From Nitrosopumilus sp. (GTDB taxonomy: Archaea > Thermoproteota > Nitrososphaeria > Nitrososphaerales > Nitrosopumilaceae), in contig CBDBGZ010000009.1 in the NCBI GenBank assembly GCA_965205425.1, positions 32,001 through 96,000 on the forward strand: DNA of 64,000 nt. The letters are read 5' to 3'. The notes under the pieces were generated by a model, which saw only the letters and a list, made by a program, of their open reading frames with translations, made no database searches and was not told where the DNA came from. How positions within the stretch are numbered: position 1 is the stretch's first letter; each line of letters opens with the position of its first letter. Below are positions 28,895 through 39,232 of this stretch, piece by piece. The position numbers and the translations under genes are program-made.

Positions 28895-29874
28895 TATTCC
28901 ATTATGCTGTTAAAAACAGGAATTAGTTCATCCAGTGTGTGGTAATTTGAATGGACGCCTATACTAGTATTTTCATCTGGTAGAAAATAAACTACTGCTT
29001 GATAAGGATTTAGATCATTTCCACCTTCAAATGCCGACACTGTTTTCCCATCACGAGTCATATCACGATAACCGCCATAGTTGCCAGGTTGTTTTTCATC
29101 AATCTCTTTGTGATATTCAATACCATCTTCTACAGAATCAAATGGTAAAGTACTATGTTCTACACGAATTGTAAACCCTTTGGATACTTTTAGGTCATGA
29201 CTGCTCATGCCTTGATTCAAAACAAATGACATTGGAACAAACTGGTAAATTGCTTCATGACTCTCATATGTTCTTTCATTTACCTCAAAAGCGAGATAGT
29301 TGGTATCTGCGTATAGCAACTTTTGACCGTCTGGAATGTGTGTTGGCATCCAGTCTTCTAGATATAGTCCAACTTTGTGATTTAGAGAATATTTCTCGTG
29401 TGTAGTTGTTTGCATACCTAATACTCCGCTAGGTCCTGGAACTATCAAACCTGTGGTACTGTTTATGATTTTATCATATATGGGCCATGGTGCAGGTACT
29501 CGTTGCAGGGTGGAGGTTTTTACTTTTCGTCCATCATCTACAAACTCTGTATCAGATGTGACACTTAGTGTGATGGTTGTAGATTCTATTGGAGTATCGA
29601 TAGTGTCTTTTTCTGATGGAATCATTTCTGGCATGAATTCTGTCTGTATGATGTTCCAGAGCTTTTTCTCTGCAGTTGATGGTGAGACACAGGCCATTTT
29701 ACCATTATCCCTAATTATCAATATTTTGTCTTCATTACACTGTATATCCTCAGGTAATACTCCTGATTCTAGCTGTTTTTTGGGTGAGAGATATTCGGCA
29801 TGTGCAGGGATTGCAACACTTGTAATCAAGACAACTGCAAATATTGTACCTGCAAGGACTGCGCCTAGTTTCAT
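28894..29874 (-). CDS. secreted protein with SPKKQ...C...ACV...W N-terminal domain
   Basis: Signal peptide; same small Cys domain as 36135-36725. Confidence 0.75.
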   Translation of the reverse strand: MKLGAVLAGTIFAVVLITSVAIPAHAEYLSPKKQLESGVLPEDIQCNEDKILIIRDNGKMACVSPSTAEKKLWNIIQTEFMPEMIPSEKDTIDTPIESTTITLSVTSDTEFVDDGRKVKTSTLQRVPAPWPIYDKIINSTTGLIVPGPSGVLGMQTTTHEKYSLNHKVGLYLEDWMPTHIPDGQKLLYADTNYLAFEVNERTYESHEAIYQFVPMSFVLNQGMSSHDLKVSKGFTIRVEHSTLPFDSVEDGIEYHKEIDEKQPGNYGGYRDMTRDGKTVSAFEGGNDLNPYQAVVYFLPDENTSIGVHSNYHTLDELIPVFNSIME

Positions 29875-29947
29875 GTGGCTTTGATATTACCATATCATAA
29901 AAGCATACCTGCTGAATTCTCTGTTGTAACTTTGCACAGGTGACTAA

Positions 29948-30343
29948 TTACGAGTATGTCGCCCTTGGTCTTCTCTTGTCTTTTGTCCTTGACTTTATGA
30001 TTATGGTACCAGCTCTGCAGTCAATGTCTAGTTCGTCATTTTTTTGCAGGTGCAATTCCCTTACGATGTGAATCGGTATGGTAATCCTTGTGGAATGGTA
30101 TTTTTGATTCTTGTACACTTTGGTTAACCTCTGTCTGATTTTGACTGGAGTGGAATCTTTGAGTTCCTTTTTGTAGAGTCGTATCGTACCAGTTTTTTCT
30201 GATGCCGTAGCGTGCAATACCATGCCGTCTTGTACATGCATATCCTCTGCTGTTCTGTAGGGGATTACAACATTATACGAGTCATGTCTTTGTATGCCAT
30301 AGCTTTCCTTTTTTGTTTTACAGAATACCTGGAGTTTTGGCAT
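29948..30343 (-). CDS. AbrB/MraZ-like double swapped-hairpin DNA-binding protein
   Basis: VVIPYRTAEDMHVQDG and ITIPIHIVRELHLQKNDELDI. Confidence 0.65.
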   Translation of the reverse strand: MPKLQVFCKTKKESYGIQRHDSYNVVIPYRTAEDMHVQDGMVLHATASEKTGTIRLYKKELKDSTPVKIRQRLTKVYKNQKYHSTRITIPIHIVRELHLQKNDELDIDCRAGTIIIKSRTKDKRRPRATYS

Positions 30344-30417
30344 ACATTATATCAAGTAAAAATTGGATTTAAAGGAGGAAAAATATGCTGTTTGGTTTTA
30401 GATTTGTATATACTGAG

Positions 30418-30801
30418 TTATTTGTTCATAGATTTTTTACCAAATACAACATAGAGATCTTTGAGATTTAATGGGTCTTGTAATATGTTACGTTTGCTTA
30501 TTCTTACAAATGTATGTAATTTGTTTTTTGTATCCAGTCTGATTCTGTTATCTTCTGTAATGTCAACTGCAGTAAATTTTGGATCAAGATCTTTGTTTGC
30601 TTTGAATATTCTATCATGTTCTTTGTAATTATCAATTGTCTTTTCAAATTTAGATCCTTTGACTATGCGAACTATATCTTCTATCACAGATACATTTACA
30701 AGATTTTTCTCTAAAAATCCCCTGTTTGTTTCAACTAATGAGTCCAATTCTAACAATGCATCAATGCTTAATTTTTTATAATATTCATCAAATCCCAACA
30801 T
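30418..30801 (-). pseudogene. hypothetical C-terminal fragment, weakly DUF4868/KwaB-like
   Basis: GFDEYY and LHTFVRISKRNILQDPL..LYV..K pattern; out of frame with the upstream short ORF. Confidence 0.3.
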
Positions 30802-31005
30802 CTTTTTGATGATTTTTTACAAATTCGTTTGGGATTATTATGTCGCCTTTGTTGAATTTTTCAAAGGTTTTTGCCATCCTAGGCGTGATTTTAGCAGAAT
30901 ATTTCTTGTTTTTCTCATAGTTGGAAATAATTTCATATCGTGAACTTCCACCCGCCATAAATAAAAAAAGATGTGAGGTTATTTAAGATTGGCAAAAATG
31001 GTGAG

Positions 31006-32004
31006 TCACTCTGTGGAATCAGGCCACATCATTTTACGCATTTCTTTACCAACTTTTTCAATTTGGTGTTCATCATATTCTTTCATGTATTTGTCAAATG
31101 CATCTTTGCCGTTTTTCTGATATTCAGAAATCCACTCGCTGTTGAATGTACCATCTTGAATCATGGTAAGAACTTTTTTCATGTTTGCTTTACTTGCAGC
31201 ATCCATGACCATTGGTCCACGAGTTAATCCACCATATCTTGCAGTTTCACTAACACGTCTCCACATTCCATTGATTCCATATCTCTGAATCATATCTACA
31301 ATGAGTTTGAGTTCATGTAAAACTTCAAAGTATGCAATTTCAGGCTGATATCCTGCTTCAACAAGAGTTTCAAATGCATTTGTAACCATAGAAGCTGCTC
31401 CACCACAAAGGTCTGCTTGTTCACCAAACCAATCAGTTTCTACTTCTTCTTTGAATTCAGTTTTGATTAATCCAGCTCTTGCACTTCCAATACCCTTTGC
31501 AATTCCCAATGTTCTATCCCAGGCTTTTCCGGTAAAATCTTGTTCAACTGCAATAATTGCAGGAGTACCAAAATTATCAAGATAGGTTTCTCTAACTTTG
31601 GAACCAGGTCCTTTTGGTGCAATCATGATTAAATCAACATTGCTTGGTGCTTCAATCCATTTCCAATAGATTGCAGCTGCATGAGAAAATGACAATGCTT
31701 TTCCTTCTGAAAGATTTGGTCCGATTTCATCTTTGTATACTTGACCTTGAATCATGTCAGGAATCAATATGTGAACAATGTCTGCTTGTTTTGTTGCATC
31801 TGCAACAGACATTACTTTGTGACCATCAGCTTCTGCCTTTTTCCAGCTATTACCGCCTTCTTTAAGACCAATTATCACATTAAGACCAGAGTCTTTCATG
31901 TTGTTTGCTTGTGCATCACCTTGAATTCCGTAACCAATTACAGCAATTGTTTGATCTTTAATTGGATCAAGACTGATATCGGTATCTTTCCATGTTTTTG
32001 CCAT
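31006..32004 (-). CDS. ilvC: ketol-acid reductoisomerase
   Basis: VIGYGIQG, APKGPG, ETDWFGEQ, AYFEVLHELKLIVD, SETARYG. Confidence 0.97.
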   Translation of the reverse strand: MAKTWKDTDISLDPIKDQTIAVIGYGIQGDAQANNMKDSGLNVIIGLKEGGNSWKKAEADGHKVMSVADATKQADIVHILIPDMIQGQVYKDEIGPNLSEGKALSFSHAAAIYWKWIEAPSNVDLIMIAPKGPGSKVRETYLDNFGTPAIIAVEQDFTGKAWDRTLGIAKGIGSARAGLIKTEFKEEVETDWFGEQADLCGGAASMVTNAFETLVEAGYQPEIAYFEVLHELKLIVDMIQRYGINGMWRRVSETARYGGLTRGPMVMDAASKANMKKVLTMIQDGTFNSEWISEYQKNGKDAFDKYMKEYDEHQIEKVGKEMRKMMWPDSTE

Positions 32005-32040
32005 GACTCTGGCACAAATATTGCAAATATTAACTATGAT

Positions 32041-32163
32041 TTAGATTTCAATTATTTTCTCACAAGAACGGCATTTTACAGTGACCTTCGCACCAGGAAG
32101 TCTAGTGAATCTCTTTGAACCACATTCAGGACAAATTGGACAAGCACGTAGAGGTTCTCCCAT
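32041..32163 (-). CDS. 40-aa zinc-ribbon protein (not in ORF track)
   Basis: MGEPLRACPICPECGSKRFTRLPGAKVTVKCRSCEKIIEI; fills the gap in a same-strand gene run. Confidence 0.7.
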   Translation of the reverse strand: MGEPLRACPICPECGSKRFTRLPGAKVTVKCRSCEKIIEI

Positions 32164-32197
32164 ATGCAACAATCAATTTTGATTTAATTAAATCAGT

Positions 32198-33118
32198 CTA
32201 TTGTATAGTGCCACTGCCAAGGATTCGAATTGTTGTGGATTCAGGTTTTAGAATAACTGCTACTTGTCCTTTTTTACAAACAATTGGTTTCTCAAATGTT
32301 AACTTTAGAGGAGATATTGATGAAAATTTTGCAGCCTTTATTTGTAAACCAATACTAACTAGACATCCTTGATTTTCTGCAATGTCACTTTTGTAAAATG
32401 GGCTCTTTTTAAAATCAAGATCAATCTCAGTTTTTATATCAACGGCGCCTTCTACTGAAATCACGTCACCACGACTAACTTCATCAGGTTTTGCACCTTT
32501 TACAGCCAATCCAACTCTTGCAGGACATATTGATTCAGATACAGGGTCATCATGCATTTGAATTGATTTTATTAAAACATCAATCCCAGCAGGGTATAAT
32601 TTCAAATTATCATATTGTTTCACAGTTCCATTTGTCACCTTACCTAAAATGACAGTTCCAACACCTTTTACATCAAAACAATGATCAATTAGTAATTCAG
32701 AAGGATCATTATTTGTAATAGGTTCTAGTTTATTCATTTCTTCTTTAATTTTATCTTGTTCAACTTTGATGTAATTTTCTACAACTGTTCCTTTGATCAT
32801 CATATCTAATTTAGATTCATCAACATCAAAAGTATGAGACAAAATTCCTTTTTCTTTTTTCAAAGAGTCAAGAGCAATAATTTGCTCCCCAGTGAATTTA
32901 TCTAATTTGTCAACATGTAATATCACATATTCAGCCAAATTAATTGCCTGAAATAGAGGTTGGATTTTGTCGGGAAATCCATTTGGGATTACCCATGTTT
33001 TGATAATGTCAGATTCTTTTCTATCATAAAGAGTAAGATCTGATTCCGTACCTTTCTTTCCAAATTCAGAAGCAAGGTCTTGTTTACCCAAAACTACAAA
33101 ATTAATTGACTGTACCAC
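32198..33118 (-). CDS. EF-Tu/SelB domain-2-containing protein with degenerate GTPase domain
   Basis: IDHCFDVKGVGTVILG, IKSIQMHD, RVGLA; no intact P-loop. Confidence 0.8.
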   Translation of the reverse strand: MVQSINFVVLGKQDLASEFGKKGTESDLTLYDRKESDIIKTWVIPNGFPDKIQPLFQAINLAEYVILHVDKLDKFTGEQIIALDSLKKEKGILSHTFDVDESKLDMMIKGTVVENYIKVEQDKIKEEMNKLEPITNNDPSELLIDHCFDVKGVGTVILGKVTNGTVKQYDNLKLYPAGIDVLIKSIQMHDDPVSESICPARVGLAVKGAKPDEVSRGDVISVEGAVDIKTEIDLDFKKSPFYKSDIAENQGCLVSIGLQIKAAKFSSISPLKLTFEKPIVCKKGQVAVILKPESTTIRILGSGTIQ

Positions 33119-33305
33119 AACAATTTGCTAAGAAATAGACTTTATGAAGTTTTGAAGGATTTCATAATGAGATTAAAAAATTAAATCATTAATTTCAAAA
33201 TACAAAAGATCTTAAAAAAGACCAAAAATACCAGCCTGGAAGCGATCAAAGATTAAATGTTCCCTTGTCGATATAGGTTAGGCTCAATTAAGGAATATAA
33301 GAAAA

Positions 33306-34726
33306 ATGACGATGAAAGAACAACTCAATCTATTTGATAATGAATCAGATACTGCCATGTATAAGCATAAACTTACTCTTGAAAAAATTAAGAATGAGTT
33401 AATTGATTTTGGATTAACAAAGAGTCAAGCCAAAGTTTTCATATATCTTGGAAAATATGGTGCTAAAACAGCTTCAGAGGTTTCAAAAGCATTACAATTA
33501 CCAAGAACTGAAACATATCATTTAGTTAATTCCTTACAAAGTTTAGGATTAGTAGTTGCAGAGCTATCTCATCCAACTAAATATACTGCAATGGAAATGA
33601 GAACAGCAATAACAACTTTAGTTAAACAAGAACAAGATAGAATTGGCCTTGTAGAAACCATAATAAAATAACAAAATCTAATTTTCTAATCCTGTAAGCA
33701 TTGTATGCAATTAACCTGTACAACATCTCATTGTCCTGAGTTGTAACATTTCTTGATGTGACATCTCCTGACATTATCTGTTTGATCACAAAAAAGATTG
33801 TTTCAGATTTGTTTCTCTGATGGTACAATTGTACAGGAAAGTTCCTCTTCATCTCCTTTCTGTGAATTCCACTGGTTCTGTAAATTGGAACTGTTCTATA
33901 TCGAGTTGGAATTATTGCAGCTGTGTTGATCTGTTCTGCACCAACATGGTTATTCTCATCATCAAAACCCATGTCACCTAACACAATATCAACTGGAACA
34001 ATATTGTTGGTTTTGTACAACAATGGCAGAAAATCAAGATTATCATGTTGCATGTTGTGGTGTGTCATGACACAGCAAACAAGCTGTGTATTCATGTCAG
34101 CACAAACAACAACTTTTAGGAAATTCCTGCGTAACTGTACTCTTTTTGTATAATAGTATGATGCTGTACTGTAACTGAATCCGCTACCATCAATTCCAGC
34201 TAGAACCAGTCTGACTTTTTTGTACAAAATGAATTCCTGCAACATTTTATGTAACAGATTTCCTTCCAGTCTTGCAGCTGCCTTTTGTAGTGTGGTGTAA
34301 TGTGGAATGGTAGACAAACCAAGATATTCCTGAATTCCTACACATTCTTCTAAAAATTCTGTAAATCTTCTATAACTCTTTGATTCGTACTGTCGTATTG
34401 CCAAGAGTATGAGATGTGTCCAAACAGAATAGATATGATTTGATTTTGGATGTAAGAACCTGGGAATTCTGCATCTGGTGATTATATTGAGTAGTGTTTT
34501 GCACATTTTGACGTATGATGAGACCATACTGTAATCTGCAAATACAATCCTAATGGATCTAAATTAGCTAAAATGTATCACAATTGGGTTAAAATCAGAT
34601 GGTTTCTACAAGGCCGATAGAATTGATTCTTTAGCAAATAAAGAAGATTCTTTATCAGAGTTATGGAAAGAAATTCCATTTTTTGCAGTTGAAACAGATG
34701 AATCAAAATCTGAAAAAATGCAATTA
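33306..34726 (+). pseudogene. TrmB family regulator, interrupted by an IS5-like element and truncated at an IS630 end
   Basis: FGLTKSQAKVF..L, PRTETYHLV; frame continues DRIDSLANKE after IS excision. Confidence 0.85.
33645..34615 (-). mobile_element. IS5-family (IS903-like) element copy 1, 971 bp; transposase ORF 33622-34527
   Basis: 17-bp TIR GGCCTTGTAGAAACCAT, 9-bp TSD GATAGAATT; IDGSGF, GDMGFD, YHQRNKSET. Confidence 0.92.
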
Positions 34727-34858
34727 TAGCGAAAAGATAAAGTTCGTGAACTAAATTATTCCAAAACAAAAAACTTTTTGATCACTATGTATGGTAAAAT
34801 TTGATGAACAAGTTAGAATCACTTGAAAGCAGCATACAAAAAAGAAAACTCCAAGGTT
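34727..34858 (+). mobile_element. left-end remnant of IS630 type A
   Basis: Matches 6166 onward, cut off at the IS630 type B end. Confidence 0.88.
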
Positions 34859-36004
34859 TAGTTAAGGCATTAAATATTTGAATAATTTCACAACTCGAAC
34901 GTCTCCATTATCTAGTCTCTTCTGCATGTGTTTTCTCATCTCAGTTCCATTTGCAAAGAATGTATTGGCATTACCATTTTTCTCTTCTCTCCACTGTACC
35001 TCAATTGGATTGAGTTCTGGAGTGTATGCAGGAAAATATCTTATGATTACATTTCTTTTTGATACCTTGAGAAATTCTTTTACTCTGACACTTTTGTGGT
35101 ATGATGCATTGTCTGCAAATAATAACAGTTTCTTACCAAATTGTTTCTGCAGTGATTCTAAAAAATCAAGAAATGAGTCTGTGTTTGATTTATCATAGAA
35201 CCTACAAAAAAATACGCCGTCATCCCCCAATGCACCAAATGATTGAAATTTTTCTCGAGTGTAATTAATTGGTGTGGTAATGTTATTGCCTGCAAGATAC
35301 CATCCGCGCTTTATGTTAGGTGCTATCTTGTTTGTTGACTCATCCAGACATAGTGTGGTGTATCCCAATTTGGAATATTTTTTGATACTCCTTTTTGCGT
35401 TTTTTTAAAACGGGTTTGTTCCTCTTTTGAGGCTGATTTGTGATGTGTGGGACGTGGTTTTTTTGATGAGAATCCAATTCTGTGCAGCAATTCACGCATT
35501 CCTCTTGCAGAGTATAGGGTGTTGTATTTTTTATTCACATGTGTAATTACCATTCTTGTACTCCACATGAATTGGTTAAATCCAAACTTTTCTGGACCTG
35601 AAATTAGATCATTTCTTAATGATACTAGCTGTTTTTCATTTAGAAAACATCTAGAACCAGAATATTTCTTGCGGTGTGATGCAGATATTCCCTCTTCATC
35701 CATTCGATTTAGCCAGTAGGACAGAGTTGATGGTATGACATCCAGACTTGCACATATCACAGAATACGGAATATTTTGTTTTCTTAGTATTGCAGCCTTT
35801 AATCTTATCTTTGCTTTTGCATTTTTTTCATTCTTGCATACTTTTCTTAAAAAATTAATGCTTGTACCTTTCATGAATTGATTTCCAGAGGAAACCTTGG
35901 ATTGTCTTGTACTCTTTGACATGGTTTCATGAATTGATTCTACGATCTAGATCTTTTGAGTTAAAATACTTGACAGTTTATTCAAAATTTATATGCCTAA
36001 ACTA
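34859..36004 (-). mobile_element. IS630-family element type B, two ORFs (35323-35922 and 34862-35368) in -1 arrangement
   Basis: Imperfect TIR TAGTT(A/T)AGGCAT..; LDES, ADNASYH, PAYTPELNPIE; A7 run at the FKK junction. Confidence 0.9.
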
Positions 36005-36006
36005 TA

Positions 36007-36137
36007 TAGCGAAAAGATAAAGTTCGTGAACTAAAAATCATCAAAAAACTAGAGATTAGATGATTTTACCTAAGGTAAATACGAATAAACAATCTGAAAC
36101 ACCTTGAAAATAGTTCATGAACATATGCTTCTCGCTA
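36007..36137. mobile_element. 131-bp MITE type 1, second copy
   Basis: Matches 5371-5501; TA on both sides. Confidence 0.9.
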
Positions 36138-36725
36138 TATGTTCAGAGCAGGTTGAAAACGAGAATTTACTCCTTCATTTAATGGGTGTTCTACACCATC
36201 AATAATCACAACATAGGGCGTACTTGGAGGATCTTCCATTCTAGGATCACAATATTTGAAATTTGCAGGAAGCGAACCTGCAGGTAATTGAACGGACAGT
36301 ACCCCATATTCCTTAGTTGGAGTAACTGATACGACCAACATCTGATGGTCATATATCATCTTATCAAGTGTGGCACCAGTAATTTCAAAAGGAACTGAAT
36401 TCACAGTTCCAGGAGAATTTATTGGAACGACACCTTTGATATCAACTACATTTTTGTATTGTATGTACCATCCAGTTTTTTCTGCAGTACTATTTGTAAC
36501 ACATGCAAGTTTTCCACTAGGTCTTTCAGTCAAAACATGATCTTGATTGGGACACACAATGTTTGGCAGTACATAAAACTGAGATTGATATTTCAGTGAA
36601 TGAAACCTTGGATCTCCATAACACTCATGATCAGGCAAGCATTTTGCATATGCATCAGAAAAGATTACGGGAATCAATGCCATTACAAATAGCATAATTA
36701 TACCCAAGATCATAAGTCTTTTCAA
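36135..36725 (-). pseudogene. secreted protein: native start displaced by IS630 type C, 3' end truncated at the MITE
   Basis: Excision restores MRLGLIVIMLFVMAL; ORF now stops inside the MITE. Confidence 0.75.
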
Positions 36726-37796
36726 TTTATTGTTCTTGCAAAATACTGATACATATTCAAATTAAATTTGTGGGTTCTAAAATATTCCATAACTGTATGT
36801 CTCATTTCATGAATAGATTCATAAAATTCTGATTCAACATTAACATGTTTGCACTGTCTCCAAATCTCTTCAATCATACTCAAATGTGGGGAACCTCTTG
36901 GAAGATATGCCAGTTTGACATCTTTGTTTTTACGCAGATATTCTTTTACATCATTAGCTTTGTGTTGCGGTGCCCTATCGACGATAACAAATATTTTCCC
37001 GAATTTTCTACGAGCTGCCTCCAAATAATCCATAAATGCAATTGAATTAAATTTTTCATACGATCTAAAAAAACTTTGATTATCATCAGTCACCATCCCA
37101 TAAACCAAAAATCTTTGGTGTGATCCTCTCCAACGTACAATCATTCGTTGGTGTACATCTGTCCAGTATTTTTTACCAAGACGTACATCGTCTACAAATA
37201 CAGACTCGTCTTGGATGAATACTGTAAAACCTTTCTTTTTTGCCTTTTCTATGCGTGAAATGATGCGGTTTTTCCACTTGCGGCACACATCCTTGGATGC
37301 TGCTCGCACATGTACCTTTTGGGGAACCTTTGGTTTTAGATTCCATTTGTGCATCAAAGGACGCACATGAGTGATATGATATGTAATGCGTGTTCTGTAA
37401 AATATGAATTGTACCAGTTTTTTTGGAGTCATGCCGTTTGAAATTTTCTTAAATGTACGCTCTATTTTTTGTAATTTTTTGTGTGAAATTAATGGCGGAC
37501 GGCCAGAACGAGGGGGGTCCTCCAGGCCCTCTAGTCCGTATTTTTCAAATGAATCAAGCCAGTTCCTTACAGAGTTGTATGTACAAAACATTTGGTTGGC
37601 AGTTTCAGCAATTGTGGATTCGTTGATTTTAATCTTACACATTGCATGCAGTCTTTCCTTTTTCTTACCGTACTTTTCTTTTTTGTAGGCCTGGAGTAAC
37701 TCGTCATTTGTAATGTCCATGAAATTATTTCTAACTACTGATCAAAAAGTATTGCTATTTGTTTTGAAAAATTGCAAAGAATTATGCTCCGAGGTA
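36701..37796 (-). mobile_element. IS630-family element type C, intact transposase 36722-37720
   Basis: 26-bp imperfect TIR TACCCAAGATCATAAGTCTTTTCAAT / TACCTCGGAGCATAATTCTTTGCAAT, TA duplication; QDES, VDRAPQH, IEEIW. Confidence 0.92.
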
Positions 37797-37876
37797 TACA
37801 ATGAGTCCTAGCCTCATATCGAACATTTTGTAGGCTATCTGATAAAGTGTTCTATTGATTTCCAAATTTTAGAAAA

Positions 37877-38896
37877 TCAGATTTTGGATACTAAACTAAG
37901 AGAAAAATGCTTTTTCTCATCTAACCAAGTATGTTTTAATTCAAATCCAACATCATCAAGAAGATCATGAATTTCAGATAAGCGATATTTGTGAGAGTAT
38001 TCTGTATGAATTAATTCATCTTTGTTAAGTTTCAACTCTAAATTAGATTTAGAGACAACTACATATTGTTCAGTCATTGATTTTAGATACATTTCAATTC
38101 GTTGGTCTTTTTCATTGTAAATTGCATGATGTGAAAAATTATCTAGATTAAAATCGGCATCGAGTTCATCATTCATTCTAGACAACACGTTTAGATTAAA
38201 CGCTGCAGTTATTTTTTGTAAATCATTATATGCAGATTCAAGTATTCCTTTTTCTTTAACAAGGTCAAGACCAATTAAAAACAAATCACCGGATTTCATT
38301 GTCGAATAAACTTTTTCTAAAAACTTGTAACCATCAATTGGAGAAAAATTACCAAAGCTAGAACCTAAAAAAATTATCAGGTTTTTCTTTTCATCATATG
38401 TTCTAAGAAATTCTAAACCGCCTTCATAGGTATCAATGATTCCAGTAACTGTAAGATTTTCATAATCAGAAAGTAATTGTTCAGAACTTTCAGCAAGAAT
38501 TTCAGAAATATCAATTGGAAAATATTCTACATTATTTTGAGATGTCAAAACATCTAACAACAATCTTGTTTTAACTGAGGAACCACTTCCTAATTCAACT
38601 AGTCTAAAATCATCATCGAGAAAAGAGGGTAATTCATTTTGTAATTGTTTAAGAATAGAAATTTCGGTTCGAGTAGGATAATATTCTGGAGTTGAGCATA
38701 TTTTCTCAAATAAATCAGAGCCCTTTTTGTCATAGAAGAATTTTGGGGAGATGAACTTGGAATCCCGGTTCAAACTAGAAAAAACCTCTTCTGCAAAGGT
38801 CTTTTTAATTTGTGTTGCATGAGGTTTGAAATACCGTAGCCTAGAATCAACTACATATTTTTTGTAATCAAGGTTTTTTTGAATAATATCGGTCAA
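37877..38896 (-). CDS. egtD: L-histidine N-alpha-methyltransferase (ergothioneine pathway)
   Basis: PKFFYD..GS.LFE.I, PEYYPTRTE, ELGSGS, GSSFGNF, IHTEYSHKY. Confidence 0.92.
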   Translation of the reverse strand: MTDIIQKNLDYKKYVVDSRLRYFKPHATQIKKTFAEEVFSSLNRDSKFISPKFFYDKKGSDLFEKICSTPEYYPTRTEISILKQLQNELPSFLDDDFRLVELGSGSSVKTRLLLDVLTSQNNVEYFPIDISEILAESSEQLLSDYENLTVTGIIDTYEGGLEFLRTYDEKKNLIIFLGSSFGNFSPIDGYKFLEKVYSTMKSGDLFLIGLDLVKEKGILESAYNDLQKITAAFNLNVLSRMNDELDADFNLDNFSHHAIYNEKDQRIEMYLKSMTEQYVVVSKSNLELKLNKDELIHTEYSHKYRLSEIHDLLDDVGFELKHTWLDEKKHFSLSLVSKI

Positions 38897-38949
38897 GTAT
38901 TAACCCAGCCAATATTTGACATAAATGCTTTATCCCATTTTTTTATGTC

Positions 38950-39232
38950 TGTTCTTTCCAAAAATTATTTCGTGTCACTTTCATGAGTAATTCCTCCATA
39001 GAATACTTGGGTCTATGAGTATTTCGTTTGTTATCATCTTGGAGTGATACGCATCAGATGGTGTCTCCATGTTATCCAAGTCTAGTGCGCCATGAACTCT
39101 AATGTGATTGTACCAATGCATAAACTGCTCCACTGACTCAAAGTATTCTATTTTACACTCAAAGATATCCCAGAACTTTTCTAGCTTACCATTTGTTTGT
39201 GGATGTCTCACTCTTGTACGAGAGGTGCTTTA
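38950..39232 (-). mobile_element. 3' remnant of the IS481 element (same type as 27461-28502)
   Basis: Near-identical to the 3' end of the first copy; cut at TA by IS630 type C. Confidence 0.88.

Noticed and set aside
24068..30958. Integrated plasmid or provirus
   Set aside because: No integrase, replication protein, tRNA or att repeat seen; only fragments and IS.
32198..33118. Selenocysteine machinery (selB)
   Set aside because: No intact GTPase P-loop and no other sel genes; fits the generic archaeal EF-Tu-domain protein.
34578..34769. Recurrent N-terminus MFWNNLVHELYLFAI (also in 5420-6208 and 42232-42564) as a conserved leader peptide
   Set aside because: It is the outward reading of the IS630-A left end fused to whatever flanks it.
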